A stretch of 63,992 nucleotides of DNA, counting the filler, from Tortispora ganteri (taxonomy: Eukaryota): NCBI GenBank assembly GCA_003707115.1. It is 8 parts of 8 records of this genome, joined end to end, with 100 filler letters (N's around TTAATTAATTAA, not from the genome) between each part and the next. Parts side by side here need not be neighbours in the genome. Positions count along the whole stretch, not along the records: positions 20,771 to 30,155 come from PPNB01000053.1; positions 30,256 to 39,634 come from PPNB01000054.1; 6 more parts are not named here. The stretch is one strand, 5' to 3'. Shown one piece after another: positions 21,707-33,474 of this stretch. A program made the translations under genes and the position numbers. Under the pieces are notes generated by a model. It saw only the letters and a list, made by a program, of their open reading frames with translations. It ran no database searches and was not told where the DNA came from. Position 1 is the stretch's first letter. Each line of letters opens with the position of its first letter.

Positions 21707-23548
21707 TCAGTCAGTTTTGTTTTTCTCAAATGTGATCTCAGGCGAGATATTTTGGAGGGACTCATCACTCGCTGCTGAAATCGATCTCGTAAGATTTGAT
21801 CCCGTTGGAGGGAAACGTTCTAGTAGCAGATCATTGATATCGGGAAACACATCAGGACCCAGTTTGTTGATGGTGTCTGTGATCTCCTTAGCCAGAATTT
21901 CTCTTGTTTTGCGCAGATCCGACAATGAGTTAGACGAGAACGGGTACACCACTAAGAATAAAGGACGCATACTTTTCGCGATGTCCATACCCACTTCTCC
22001 GATCCTCATTGAAGCGTAAGATACTAATGGTAATATTAGCATTGATATGAAAGTTATGAGCCACACAGGACGTATACTTGGAAACCAGTTGTACTTCCAG
22101 CAAAAGTACGTAGCCATAATAGAGTAAAACCAATACAGTGCGGGGGCAAGGCCCATTGCCACGAGAAGTTTCCAGGTAGCCACAACATCTTTTGCTTCGA
22201 TCTTCACCACAGATTCAGCCAGAGCAGCCTTTGCTTTTCTCATTGAGATAATTTTTGTGGCAATAAACACCGGTGCAAATAGAATGGCGCCCGGAAGTGC
22301 GCCTATAGCCAGTAAGATGAGCTTACACAGACGGTAGCAGAGCAGAACAATACCGATCAGAGGATGAATATGGTATGTGGACATAACCTGGTGGTCTCTT
22401 ATTCCTAGAGACATTAGCTTGTGATTATAGCTCAGTACGGCCTTTATGAGGTGTTCAGTTTGTGGATCTTTGTGGTTCTCAAAAGCGACTGCGATGCGCC
22501 GGTTGGCTTCGATAACAGCGGACAAAGGAATTTTGTGAGAAGGCGGAGTGTATAGACGACGAGCCGCCTGGATAACCATTAGAGTTTCGTAATCTGCACA
22601 TGTAACAGTGACAGCTTCCAGAGACTGTTTGATGATATCGAGCATAGCAGTGATAGCGCCTTGATGGTCGCCAGAAGCGTACTGATCGGCAAGTTCTTTT
22701 GGGACGGCATATGGGGTGCCAAATTCAATAACTGCACGGGAACGGAATTTATGCGGATGGAAGTAATTCATACCGCATGGTACGATGAGTAGTGGGACGT
22801 CTGGGTATTTGATCTTTGTACCGAGAGCCATTATAGCTACACCGGCTTTAAGCGGTAGGAGGTTCGGGCGATCATGAGAACCGCCTTCAGGGAAGATTCC
22901 AAGACAGCCTCCTGCATGTAAATGGTCAAAGACGCCTTCATATAGGGGACTCTGGTCAACCTTGTGCGCAGTTTTAAAGGAAGAGGGGTTAGTGAGGACT
23001 TCTAAAGCTTCAGGTTTAATGTCTTTCCGGAGGAGAACGTGAGTATCATCTACAATCTCTTCTATCACAAATGTCCCCATAGATTTGGGCAAGGAGATGA
23101 GCCCCCCTTTGTCACATTCTTTGGTGAAAAGCGTGCCATGACCTAGTAATTCTTTTGGTTTAGACTTGTCCGGGACAGAGATAGTACCTGTAGCAGGACG
23201 TAGGAGATCTTGTGGGCGAGCTACTGGGATAGCCGAGAGTGCACGACTAACTGCGCCAATAAATTTGCGTCTGTAGCTCTTTTCAGCGACCAAAAATGAG
23301 ACTCTACGGCCGGCTTCGATACGGGCTAAACGCATTAGGAGCATGGGGTCAACAAACTGGTTTGCGTGAGGTGCACCGACAAATATAACTGGACCATGAC
23401 GTGGTATATTATGTGCGCCACGCGGTTGTATTTCACGGAAGAATAGGTCAAATATTATGGTAAATATCCAAACTACAAGATCATATATGAAATTGTTCCA
23501 TGTCAGGTCGCGGTCCTTAGAAGGGATCCGCGGGTTTCGGTACACCAT
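21707..23548 (-). CDS. SCT1: Glycerol-3-phosphate/DHAP O-acyltransferase (Sct1/Gpt2 family)
   Basis: 613 aa. Acyltransferase motifs APHANQFVDP and IFPEGGSHDR; C-terminal transmembrane segments. Confidence 0.9.
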   Translation of the reverse strand: MVYRNPRIPSKDRDLTWNNFIYDLVVWIFTIIFDLFFREIQPRGAHNIPRHGPVIFVGAPHANQFVDPMLLMRLARIEAGRRVSFLVAEKSYRRKFIGAVSRALSAIPVARPQDLLRPATGTISVPDKSKPKELLGHGTLFTKECDKGGLISLPKSMGTFVIEEIVDDTHVLLRKDIKPEALEVLTNPSSFKTAHKVDQSPLYEGVFDHLHAGGCLGIFPEGGSHDRPNLLPLKAGVAIMALGTKIKYPDVPLLIVPCGMNYFHPHKFRSRAVIEFGTPYAVPKELADQYASGDHQGAITAMLDIIKQSLEAVTVTCADYETLMVIQAARRLYTPPSHKIPLSAVIEANRRIAVAFENHKDPQTEHLIKAVLSYNHKLMSLGIRDHQVMSTYHIHPLIGIVLLCYRLCKLILLAIGALPGAILFAPVFIATKIISMRKAKAALAESVVKIEAKDVVATWKLLVAMGLAPALYWFYSIMATYFCWKYNWFPSIRPVWLITFISMLILPLVSYASMRIGEVGMDIAKSMRPLFLVVYPFSSNSLSDLRKTREILAKEITDTINKLGPDVFPDINDLLLERFPPTGSNLTRSISAASDESLQNISPEITFEKNKTD

Positions 23549-23983
23549 ACAAAGTATTTGAAAAAATTAATGTAAATTTATCTCTAAATTCCCCCAAGAA
23601 ATAATAAAGAATAATCTAATGTGACTTCAATTGCGTTATTTCGCAAGGGGGACTCAATCAGAATCGTAGTGCGTTGTAAAGAAAGGGAATGGGTTGGTGG
23701 AGAGGGAAGAAGGTGCAAGCGAAGTGGATGTCTCAACCAATCACAGGACTTCGTTCTGGTGTTGTAATTACTGTCTAGTCCAACCAACACTTTTTAACAT
23801 TTGATTTTTTATTATAGTATTTAGATTTTATTAGTTCAAAATACGCGTAAACAGGTATTTTTACTTTGTTTCAGTCATCACTCTGTTCGTGCTGTATGTA
23901 AATATACAAGTCAAATCAAGATCAGGGTTAGGGATACAGAACTAAAACCAACGACCGCAGTTATATCATAACATTCGACAGCA

Positions 23984-24276
23984 ATGAGTGAGAATAACAC
24001 AACGAGATCGAGCCTGAGGTTTGTGCCGAAACCGTCTGCACGACTTAAAGGTTCTATAAAGAATGGTTTATCGACGGTCGAAACTGTAGCCAGTGTAGAC
24101 CCGGAATCACCGCGCGTTGAGGGTATAGAGACTGCAGATTCAGAATACGACCAGCAAGTACCGGTAGTTGCGCCAGAGGAATCAAAGAGGCGATTACATC
24201 CGCGACTGCGTGTGAAGTCATTTAAGATAAATTCAGACAAGATAAAGGATGAGATCAAACCAGTGATGCCAGTGGC

Positions 24277-24310
<34 letters not shown>

Positions 24311-25360
24311 AGAATAGAATCTGATCTTGCCGATCCAGAAATTCCCGTATCAGTTATAGATGCACGAAGAAAAGCAATTCAAGCAGCACGAACAGAGCAA
24401 AAGTCTAGAAAATATGCGCAAGATTCTGGAATGGAAGTTGCTGATGCTACCCAAATATTAGAGACCACAGATCAACGATCACTTTCAAAAGTACGATGGA
24501 CAGAACCACCCGAAGCGCAAGTCATTGATCCAGAACCATCATCTAAAGACCAACACATTACGAACTTAGAGGCGTACACTACAACAGAAGATACTGTCAC
24601 TGAGACGTCCGTGACTGGCGAAGTAGATATTGAAAATCTCACTATGGCCGAATTATGCAAGGATACGAAATTCGGTCGCATTTCAGACACGTACCAGCAG
24701 TTCGAGGAGATCAGACGTAAACGACGACGTGCAGCACGTCGTACGCGATTTCCAGAAGTAACAGAAGCTGAAGAAGAGTTTGAAAAGGCAAGAAAGAAAG
24801 TCATGGAGACTATTACAGACAAGGATGAGTCGGGACGAAGGAGGACGCGCGGCAAGCCTGAACTGATGCTTAAGAACGGTCGTATTGTGCTGAACAATGA
24901 GTCTCTGCAGGTGGACCGACATGAACAGAATCGTGACATATCTGCGGTCGATGTGGCTCCTGCACAGATCATGCAAAATAACCCGCTTGAACGACGTATT
25001 ACTAGCGCCTTGTGGACGCGAAGAGAACGGTCAGACCGCTGGGATGCCAGAGAAACTGCCCTTTTCTACCGTGCATTGTCTATGTGGGGCACGGATTTTG
25101 GTCTAATCTCTCAAATGTTTCCTGGAAGAAGCAGACGGCAGATTAAAAGTAAATTTAATTTCGAAGAGAAGAAGTTCCCGGATAAAATCAACACAGCTCT
25201 TATTCATAAAGTTCCAGCCGATATAACACTGTTTGAGAGAATATCCGGTATTGAAGTAATGACATTGGACGATTTCGAAAAAGATATTACTGCCGTCAAA
25301 AATGAGCATGATGAAATGGTTCAAGTTGCTGGCTCTTTTATGAACCCTACATCTACGTGA
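23984..25360 (+). CDS. BDP1: RNA polymerase III transcription factor TFIIIB B'' subunit
   Basis: SANT/Myb domain WDARETALFYRALSMWGTDFGLISQMFPGRSRRQIKSKFNFEEK, preceded by GRIVLNNESLQVDR. Confidence 0.88.
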
Positions 25361-25409
25361 CATGATTGCATGTCTATAGTATAGATATACACCGCTGACC
25401 TTATACTTT

Positions 25410-27224
25410 TCAGCGGTAATTTGGTCGAGTTCCAGCGTTCTCTGGGAACCTACTTTGTATTTTTTTAACGAGAATTGCAGCTAGAGTCTGCCGATCATCG
25501 CCTTGAACATTATTATCTTGCAAAAACTGGTAAACAACTCCTGGTATATCGTTGAGATCTCGTTCATAAAATCGAAGTTTTGCATAACAGTTCTCACGTC
25601 CATCGTTCAGGAACACTTTCCAGCTGTATATTGGTTTCTCTTCATGCACCAGTTCTTCGAATCTCTCATGGTTTGTTTGCTCTTTATCAGATTTGAATTC
25701 CGAACTTGTTCCGTCGCATTGAGATGTGTTACTTGTATCTTCCTTAGACAAGTTTTCCTTCTGTGTGACTGTATCGTTATCATAGTACACTTCTTTGTCG
25801 GTTTCTAGGTTATGCACGGGCCTCACCTGTAATGAAGATTCCAAATTGGCTTTCCATGCTACAATTTGACATGAATTAAGCGTTAGTACCTGGTCGTGGA
25901 TATTATAAGGCAAGTCCTCTAGTTTGGCGTATTCGACGATCTGAGAAATACTCTCGCTGCATTCGAAGCTGCGAAGATGGGAACTGCGAGTGATCAGACT
26001 GGCAAAATGTGAGAACGTCAGCTTTCCTTTAAGTGAAACGAGTGAAAGATCGCGGATTCGAAAGTGTACATTTGTATTTTGAAGCATGGAGTTGAGTAGT
26101 ACAGCTATATCAGCATCGACATTGACAAGTCGAAGCTGTGAACAGTGTAAGAACATAGTGAAATCGAAAATAGGAGGCAAAATACAGTTCATCAATGTTA
26201 TGGAGTCTTCGATCAGGCCGTGAACACCTATATCGTACGGCATCGTTCCTGAAAGCACCATTGATTTCAAAAGCATAGGTTCCTTTTCTTTCAGCGAATA
26301 AGACGAACAAGAAGAAGACATCTCTGTTCGTACAGAGTCGAAATTCTGTTTTGTGCTGTCTGTTTTAGCCACCATATGGACTTCAAGGTGTTTAAGTGCA
26401 GTCATCATGTGCAGTGCTGTTCTAATACCCTTAGGAGAAATGTTGGGACAGTCAGCGATTTTCAAATTGGACACTGTACATGATTTGCATATTTGTCTAA
26501 ATACAATGAACGCGTTTTGATCATTGATACCTGGACATGCATAGAGATGGATTGTATGCAAGTTAGAAAGATGCGCTAGACAAGCAGCGAGGTCTTTACC
26601 GGATATTCCACATGATATGCTTATCTCAGTGAGATTCTTGAACAAACTGCAACATATAAGCAATACATCAGATCTGATATCGGTGTGGCCTAACAGATAC
26701 AAGGATTTAATGTCCGGACAACTATAGGCGAGTGCAACCACTATACGCGGGTCGATGTATGGCGAGATGAGTTTGAACGAACTCAGATTGCGCCAATTGT
26801 CCATCCACTTCAGGAAATGAAAGACCTCTGATTGACCACCATAAAAAGCCACGGATTTAAGGTTATATGCGTTAACGAATAGACGATCAAGAGCATCGGG
26901 TGAAGCGAGTAATTTGCGTGATCCTTCCTGGTGAGTTGGCTGCAGCCACGGGAGGGGGCTCTCTGTTGGCTGAGACAGTTCTGTGTGCGGCAAAATGAGG
27001 TTGATTTGCTGGACTAAAGAAGCGATGTCTATTTGCTTAGATAGTTTCAAGCAAAGGCTTCTAAGAGTATTGGCTGATCTGAACCGCGGGGACCTGTAGA
27101 GCGCTGGCAGGACATGAGCATATAGTTCCTTGCTGGTGAGCGCCAGGTTAACGAGGTCTGCACAGTCAACCCACCGGTAAATACTGTGCTGAATATGTAC
27201 CGGAAGCGCTGCGAGCTGTTTCAT
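25410..27224 (-). CDS. F-box / leucine-rich-repeat protein
   Basis: ATG 27224 (the track start at 27260 is GTG). F-box-like LAALPVHIQHSIYRWVDCADLVNLALTSKEL..HVLPALY; LRR-like units LHTIHLYACPGIND and NLKIADCPNIS. Confidence 0.75.
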   Translation of the reverse strand: MKQLAALPVHIQHSIYRWVDCADLVNLALTSKELYAHVLPALYRSPRFRSANTLRSLCLKLSKQIDIASLVQQINLILPHTELSQPTESPLPWLQPTHQEGSRKLLASPDALDRLFVNAYNLKSVAFYGGQSEVFHFLKWMDNWRNLSSFKLISPYIDPRIVVALAYSCPDIKSLYLLGHTDIRSDVLLICCSLFKNLTEISISCGISGKDLAACLAHLSNLHTIHLYACPGINDQNAFIVFRQICKSCTVSNLKIADCPNISPKGIRTALHMMTALKHLEVHMVAKTDSTKQNFDSVRTEMSSSCSSYSLKEKEPMLLKSMVLSGTMPYDIGVHGLIEDSITLMNCILPPIFDFTMFLHCSQLRLVNVDADIAVLLNSMLQNTNVHFRIRDLSLVSLKGKLTFSHFASLITRSSHLRSFECSESISQIVEYAKLEDLPYNIHDQVLTLNSCQIVAWKANLESSLQVRPVHNLETDKEVYYDNDTVTQKENLSKEDTSNTSQCDGTSSEFKSDKEQTNHERFEELVHEEKPIYSWKVFLNDGRENCYAKLRFYERDLNDIPGVVYQFLQDNNVQGDDRQTLAAILVKKIQSRFPENAGTRPNYR

Positions 27225-27444
27225 GGCTGGATGTGGAAGTGCAAGTATGTATATGCACACATGGTATAGGCAGTTGGCGGTATCTGCTTTGGGTAAAATG
27301 ACATGAAAACCTTAATGCAGCAGAAAGATCGACAAAAATAATATATAAGTGGAATTTCTGCGTCTGTTTCTTTGTTATTGGGCTGTTATGCGCTCATAGA
27401 GCAGACGACGGTAACAGTTCAGTGTTTACCTGCAGGGTGTACGC

Positions 27445-28305
27445 TTAAAGAATACGAAGTATACCTTCGTAGGCGCAGAGTGCGGCTGCATTTGCGGGGA
27501 AAGCGCGAAGGATGCAGGGAACAAACCCGCGCGTGAACCCTCTAGGGCCAGATTCTTTCAAAATAGTTTGGACAGTCGAGATCCAGGTAGGATATTTTGG
27601 GGTAACAAGATTGTCTGTCATCATGCGTTGCTTGACTACGTCGAACGGGTAAGAGGTACACCAGAACACTTGCGCGGCGAGACCACCCGAGATGAAACTG
27701 ACTATTCCTGGCGTTAGTGCTGTGTTTGCCGTCATATAGTCGGTAGTGGTTCGTGCTGTTATCCAGAAGAAGAAGAAATGCGAGCGAAAGAGTAGGGTGG
27801 CCGGCAGTGCATGATAGATGGCGCGGATACCGCCAATATTGTAGATTTTGTGTATGCAATCAATGGGGCCTGAATATATTCGTGTCTGAGTATTATACTG
27901 GACCTGAAGTCGGGCTTTTATGTGTTCAACTGGCGCGGCGATGAAACTCACGGTCCATCCGCCGAGCATACCTGCAACACCCTGCGCCAGGAGTGGGATT
28001 TCGGTGTTATCATAAAAATATTGTCTGAAACATTGCTTATAATTGTGATAAGACCCAAGCATAACGCTATCCATAACCATCCAACCAAGCAGAGGTGGAG
28101 TAGTGCCCTTGTAAAGAGCCTTGGGTCCCTCTTTGCGGATTGTTTGAAGAAGACAATCTAGCGATCCGGTGAATTGGCCAGGAGGCGCAGTTTGCATTCT
28201 GACTTTAATGGTATCAAAAGGATGACCTACAAATAGTTTCGACATTCCTGAAAATGCACCTGCAATAAATCCAGTGTAAGATTTGTGTCCGGTCTTTGAA
28301 GTCAT
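27445..28305 (-). CDS. Mitochondrial carrier protein (Ymc1/carnitine-carrier-like subfamily)
   Basis: Three PX[D/E]XXK signatures: PFDTIKVRMQ, PVEHIKARLQ, PFDVVKQRM. ATG 28305. Confidence 0.9.
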   Translation of the reverse strand: MTSKTGHKSYTGFIAGAFSGMSKLFVGHPFDTIKVRMQTAPPGQFTGSLDCLLQTIRKEGPKALYKGTTPPLLGWMVMDSVMLGSYHNYKQCFRQYFYDNTEIPLLAQGVAGMLGGWTVSFIAAPVEHIKARLQVQYNTQTRIYSGPIDCIHKIYNIGGIRAIYHALPATLLFRSHFFFFWITARTTTDYMTANTALTPGIVSFISGGLAAQVFWCTSYPFDVVKQRMMTDNLVTPKYPTWISTVQTILKESGPRGFTRGFVPCILRAFPANAAALCAYEGILRIL

Positions 28306-28629
28306 GGTGTTATCGGAAGTGTTGAATTGGGGTGAAGAGTAAGTGGGGTAAGTTGAAGTGAGTGTATATGATGAAACGCGACCGTGACCAATTGAGGTGG
28401 AAATTACAATCAACTACAAGTGTTAATGCTGCTCGCGCATAGTCAATGGCGAGCAACAATAGAGAGAAATAGATAGCATACAAGAAGGACTAAGAGCCGA
28501 GTCTGGCCGAGCCGACTTGAGCGTGTTATTTGCTTCTTTTGCGTAAGAGAGAAAAGAGTCTAGGGATAAGGATTTAAGTAGTAGTCGCTTAATTGTAGAT
28601 TGATGTGCGAACTAAAAGTCGCATGAAAA

Positions 28630-29115
28630 TTAGCAGACGACATCTTGAGTGGCATGTGAATTAAGCAATAAAGCGACAATGAGACCGTAGAGACCCAATA
28701 CTTCAGCGAAAATGAGAATCAAAATCATACCAACAAAAAGTCTAGCTTGCTGGACAGTACCACGTACACCTGCATCACCGACAATGCCAATGGCAAAACC
28801 TGCAGCAAGGCCAGATAGACCAACAGAGAGGCCAGCACCGAGCTGAATAAAACCAGTATAGAGCGACTGTTTCTGCTTAAGAGAGTCAGACACGAGCACT
28901 GACACGACAAGGCCATAAATTGCAATAATACCAGCCATAATTACCGGGACGATGTTGCGCACAAGCATATCAGGGCGGATGACTGTGGCGGCGCAAATAC
29001 CAACACCGGCCTTAGCCGTGCCATAGGCAGCACCAAACGAGGTGAACACAATAGCGGCGGTACATCCAAGGGAGCCGAAAAAGGGGGCGTAAACAGGGCA
29101 GAGTTCAGTTGACAT
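28630..29115 (-). CDS. VMA3: V-ATPase V0 proteolipid subunit c
   Basis: 161 aa. [14 protein letters not shown]...[15 protein letters not shown], including the essential Glu. Confidence 0.93.
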   Translation of the reverse strand: MSTELCPVYAPFFGSLGCTAAIVFTSFGAAYGTAKAGVGICAATVIRPDMLVRNIVPVIMAGIIAIYGLVVSVLVSDSLKQKQSLYTGFIQLGAGLSVGLSGLAAGFAIGIVGDAGVRGTVQQARLFVGMILILIFAEVLGLYGLIVALLLNSHATQDVVC

Positions 29116-29699
29116 TGATGTTTATTTTCTGGATGATATTAGCACAAAAATGAACGGGTTAGTTCTTTAGTACGTGTGGAAAAAGAGGGATAGCAAAGGA
29201 CACAGGAAAATCCAAAGAATAGTGTATTAAGTGGCAACTAAATCTGGTAATCTGGACAAATAGATATAATTCTATTAGATTTTTATATCGATTTATCGCG
29301 ATGAAAGCAGAAACGTAACCGGCAAGGGAATAATCGATGTGCTGAAGCGTTCGATAAGCGAGTTTGGTGTATTAGTTGGGCTTTCGAAGTGTAGCAAATG
29401 CAGGTAAAGGCCTTAGTGGTGTATAAGACGTTTTAATTGGTCAATTTAAATTGTTGTTATGACAACAGCATTATACAGTGCAGTGCAGCCGTAGGGGAAC
29501 GAGGGCAAAAGACGATTAGGTAACAGCTATGGATGGTTGGTATAGCAACTTACTACTTAAAGTGTGCCATAAAGTGGAAAAAAATTGCCAGAAAAACGCT
29601 TCTCGAATCAGACATACCTTTAAAGGGCGAGCAAAGCGGAGCTAATTGCAAGGAAGCAGAGCAAGGAACCCAAAAAAACATATTTTATTAATATTTAAC

Positions 29700-30080
29700 A
29701 TGAGTGAAGTAAATCCTAAAGCTTTCCCACTTGCTCCTACTGAGTTAAGTCAGCAAATTCTTGAACTTGTTCAACAAGCAGGACATCATCGTCAGTTGAA
29801 AAAAGGCGCTAATGAAGCTGTTAAAACGTTGAATCGTGGTATTTCTGAATTTGTTGTTATTGCTGCAGATACAGAACCAATCGAAATTGTTCTTCATTTG
29901 CCACTTTTATGCGAAGACAAGAACGTTCCTTATGTCTTTGTTCCTTCAAAGATCGCGCTCGGAAGGGCCTGTGGTGTTAGTCGACCTGTTGTTGCTGCAT
30001 CAGTAACTACAAATGAGGCCAGTGATATTCGCGACCAAGTACGCCGCCTTAAAGACAAGATTGAATTACTTTTAGTTTAG
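29700..30080 (+). CDS. SNU13: U4/box C/D snoRNP L7Ae-family protein Snu13
   Basis: 126 aa from ATG 29700. [39 protein letters not shown]. Confidence 0.95.
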   Translation: MSEVNPKAFPLAPTELSQQILELVQQAGHHRQLKKGANEAVKTLNRGISEFVVIAADTEPIEIVLHLPLLCEDKNVPYVFVPSKIALGRACGVSRPVVAASVTTNEASDIRDQVRRLKDKIELLLV

Positions 30081-30155
30081 ATTAATATTAATTATTGTAA
30101 ACATATATTTTATTGAAGTAATAGTTACATTTGATAGTAAGTTGAGAAAAAACCC

Positions 30156-30255
30156 NNNNNNNNNNNNNNNNNNNNNNNNNNNNNNNNNNNNNNNNNNNNT
30201 TAATTAATTAANNNNNNNNNNNNNNNNNNNNNNNNNNNNNNNNNNNNNNNNNNNN
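30156..30255. other. Assembly gap linker
   Basis: N44-TTAATTAATTAA-N44. Confidence 0.97.
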
Positions 30256-30257
30256 CT

Positions 30258-30548
30258 AAACTCGATACGCACATTTCTTTGCAAGCAAGAAACCTGCTCG
30301 GTTATCTGGCCCAGCTGAAGGGTGTCAAGGACCTATACTTCGTGATCTGCCGCAAAGGCATTGATGGGTCTATGCTGGAGTTTCAGGCAGACATGATCGA
30401 AGATCAGCAGTACGGCCCATCTCTGGCACAATTCCTACAAAGGATACACCAGAGCGTCGGAAGGAATTTAGCAAACAAAGGTGGATTCAGTCTTCCGGAT
30501 GTTGACCTCACTACTCTCGCCAAGGGCCTCGGTCAGGGAGGATGGTAG
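30258..30548 (+). CDS. 3' end of Sec24-family protein (copy 2), 5'-truncated
   Basis: Same peptide as 20773-21063. Confidence 0.65.
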   Translation, partial: KLDTHISLQARNLLGYLAQLKGVKDLYFVICRKGIDGSMLEFQADMIEDQQYGPSLAQFLQRIHQSVGRNLANKGGFSLPDVDLTTLAKGLGQGGW

Positions 30549-30582
30549 AGTGGAAGCGATGTTATAAGTAAATATAGTCATC

Positions 30583-31008
30583 TCAAGCGTGACCAATCCA
30601 TTGACGCTCTCCATTAGAAAGTTCTTCGCCTTTCCAGATAGCTACATTGGCTTTCAGTTCGTTAATGAGCCATTCACAGGCTTCAAATGCCGCTTTCCGG
30701 TGCGGAGTGCTCACGGCAACACCTACACTGTCACATGTCACTGGCACATTTCCCAGTCTGTGCGCGATTGCGATTTTGCGTACAGGCCATTTTTCGCGTG
30801 CTTTATTTGCGAGTTCTTGCAATTGACGCAATGCCAACTTCTCGTACGCCTCATATGACAATTGCACTACTTCCTCACCATTCATGCTGCTGCCCCTCGT
30901 CGTGCCTCCGAAGTACACTATCGCCCCACACTCTGGGTGTCTTACAAAGTCATATAAATGTGAAGGAGATATTGGGTCAGCCGTGATCATCATAAGATCC
31001 TTGTCCAT
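30583..31008 (-). CDS. MOCS2: Molybdopterin synthase catalytic subunit (copy 2)
   Basis: ATG 31008; two amino-acid differences from copy 1 (E>D, S>N). Confidence 0.9.
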   Translation of the reverse strand: MDKDLMMITADPISPSHLYDFVRHPECGAIVYFGGTTRGSSMNGEEVVQLSYEAYEKLALRQLQELANKAREKWPVRKIAIAHRLGNVPVTCDSVGVAVSTPHRKAAFEACEWLINELKANVAIWKGEELSNGERQWIGHA

Positions 31009-31195
31009 GGCGAGAAAAAAAAAGGCTTTAAATGCCAAAAATATAGGTAGGTGTATTGGCGAATTATAAGTCGTCGGTGGCTCGATCATATAAGGTTTGT
31101 ATTATCTCATATGGGTCTATGATTGGTCAATTCAAGCATATCGGGCTACAAGCTACGGACTTTACTTCTAGAGCCAAAAATACATGTCATATCTC

Positions 31196-33037
31196 TCAGT
31201 CAGTTTTGTTTTTCTCAAATGTGATCTCAGGCGAGATATTTTGGAGGGACTCATCACTCGCTGCTGAAATCGATCTCGTAAGATTTGATCCCGTTGGAGG
31301 GAAACGTTCTAGTAGCAGATCATTGATATCGGGAAACACATCAGGACCCAGTTTGTTGATGGTGTCTGTGATCTCCTTAGCCAGAATTTCTCTTGTTTTG
31401 CGCAGATCCGACAATGAGTTAGAGGAGAACGGGTACACCACTAAGAATAAAGGACGCATACTTTTCGCGATGTCCATACCCACTTCTCCGATCCTCATTG
31501 AAGCGTAAGATACTAATGGTAATATTAGCATTGATATGAAAGTTATGAGCCACACAGGACGTATACTTGGAAACCAGTTGTACTTCCAGCAAAAGTACGT
31601 AGCCATAATAGAGTAAAACCAATACAGTGCGGGGGCAAGGCCCATTGCCACGAGAAGTTTCCAGGTAGCCACGACATCTTTTGCTTCGATCTTCACCACA
31701 GATTCGGCCAGAGCAGCCTTCGCTTTTCTCATTGAGATAATTTTTGTGGCAATAAACACCGGTGCAAATAGAATGGCGCCCGGAAGTGCGCCTATAGCCA
31801 GTAAGATGAGCTTACACAGACGGTAGCAGAGCAGAACAATACCTATCAGAGGATGAATATGGTATGTGGACATAACCTGGTGGTCTCTTATTCCTAGAGA
31901 CATTAGCTTGTGATTATAGCTCAGTACAGCCTTTATGAGGTGTTCAGTTTGTGGATCTTTGTGGTTCTCAAAAGCGACTGCGATGCGCCGGTTGGCTTCG
32001 ATAACAGCAGACAAAGGGATTTTGTGAGAAGGCGGAGTGTATAGACGACGAGCCGCCTGGATAACCATTAGAGTTTCGTAATCTGCACATGTAACAGTGA
32101 CAGCTTCCAGAGACTGTTTGATGATATCGAGCATAGCAGTGATAGCGCCTTGATGGTCGCCAGAAGCGTACTGATCGGCCAGTTCTTTTGGGACGGCATA
32201 TGGGGTGCCAAATTCAATAACTGCACGAGAACGGAATTTATGCGGATGGAAGTAATTCATACCGCATGGTACGATGAGTAGTGGGACGTCTGGGTACTTG
32301 ATCTTTGTACCGAGAGCCATTATAGCTACACCGGCTTTAAGCGGTAGGAGGTTCGGGCGATCATGAGAACCGCCTTCAGGGAAGATTCCAAGACAGCCTC
32401 CTGCATGTAAATGGTCAAAGACGCCTTCATATAGGGGACTCTGGTCAACCTTGTGCGCAGTTTTAAAGGAAGAGGGGTTAGTGAGGACTTCTAAAGCTTC
32501 AGGTTTAATGTCTTTCCGGAGGAGAACGTGAGTATCATCTACAATCTCTTCTATCACAAATGTACCCATAGATTTGGGCAAGGAGATAAGCCCCCCTTTG
32601 TCACATTCTTTGGTGAAAAGCGTGCCATGACCTAGTAATTCTTTTGGTTTAGACTTGTCCGGGACAGAGATAGTACCTGTAGCAGGACGTAGGAGGTCCT
32701 GTGGGCGAGCTACTGGGATAGCCGAGAGTGCACGACTAACTGCGCCAATAAATTTGCGTCTGTAGCTCTTTTCAGCGACCAAAAATGAGACTCTACGGCC
32801 GGCTTCGATACGGGCTAAACGCATTAGGAGCATGGGGTCAACAAACTGGTTTGCGTGAGGTGCACCGACAAATATAACTGGACCATGACGTGGTATATTA
32901 TGTGCGCCACGCGGTTGTATTTCACGGAAGAATAGGTCAAATATTATGGTAAATATCCAAACTACAAGATCATATATGAAATTGTTCCATGTCAGGTCGC
33001 GGTCCTTAGAAGGGATCCGCGGGTTTCGGTACACCAT
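31196..33037 (-). CDS. SCT1: Glycerol-3-phosphate O-acyltransferase (copy 2)
   Basis: Protein reads identical to copy 1; synonymous SNPs only. Confidence 0.9.
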   Translation of the reverse strand: MVYRNPRIPSKDRDLTWNNFIYDLVVWIFTIIFDLFFREIQPRGAHNIPRHGPVIFVGAPHANQFVDPMLLMRLARIEAGRRVSFLVAEKSYRRKFIGAVSRALSAIPVARPQDLLRPATGTISVPDKSKPKELLGHGTLFTKECDKGGLISLPKSMGTFVIEEIVDDTHVLLRKDIKPEALEVLTNPSSFKTAHKVDQSPLYEGVFDHLHAGGCLGIFPEGGSHDRPNLLPLKAGVAIMALGTKIKYPDVPLLIVPCGMNYFHPHKFRSRAVIEFGTPYAVPKELADQYASGDHQGAITAMLDIIKQSLEAVTVTCADYETLMVIQAARRLYTPPSHKIPLSAVIEANRRIAVAFENHKDPQTEHLIKAVLSYNHKLMSLGIRDHQVMSTYHIHPLIGIVLLCYRLCKLILLAIGALPGAILFAPVFIATKIISMRKAKAALAESVVKIEAKDVVATWKLLVAMGLAPALYWFYSIMATYFCWKYNWFPSIRPVWLITFISMLILPLVSYASMRIGEVGMDIAKSMRPLFLVVYPFSSNSLSDLRKTREILAKEITDTINKLGPDVFPDINDLLLERFPPTGSNLTRSISAASDESLQNISPEITFEKNKTD

Positions 33038-33474
33038 ACAAAGTATTTGAAAAAATTAATGTAAATTTATCTCTAAATTCCCCCAAGAAATAATAAAGAA
33101 TAATCTAATGTGACTTCAATTGCGTTATTTCGCAAGGGGGACTCAATCAGAATCGTAGTGCGTTGTAAAGAAAGGGAATGGGTTGGTGGGGAGGGAAGAA
33201 GGTGCAAGCGAAGTGGATGTCTCAACCAATCACAGGACTTCGTTCTGGTGTTGTAATTACTGTCTAGTCCAACCAACACTTTTTAACATTTGATTTTTTA
33301 TTATAGTATTTACATTTTATTAGTTCAAAATACGCGTAAACAGGTATTTTTACTTTGTTTTAGTTATCACTCTGTTCGTGCTGTATGTGTAAATATACAA
33401 GTCAAATCAAGATCAGGGTTAGGGATACAGAACTAAAACCAACGACCGCAGTTATATCATAACATTCGACAGCA

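Larger units (their letters stand above)
20771..30155. repeat. 9.4-kb block, copy 1 (probable haplotype A)
   Basis: Begins CTAAACTCGA and ends GAGAAAAAACCC exactly like 30256-39634; differs by scattered SNPs and small indels. Confidence 0.9.

Noticed and set aside
29116..29180. Possible 5' UTR intron of VMA3 (ACTAAC / GCTAAT...CAG on the minus strand)
   Set aside because: No convincing 5' splice site found; the ORF is complete without splicing.
31009..31089. N-terminal extension of MoaE in copy 2, or a bicistronic MOCS2A
   Set aside because: Arises from a 4-bp indel absent in copy 1, and shows no similarity to the small subunit (no C-terminal GG).
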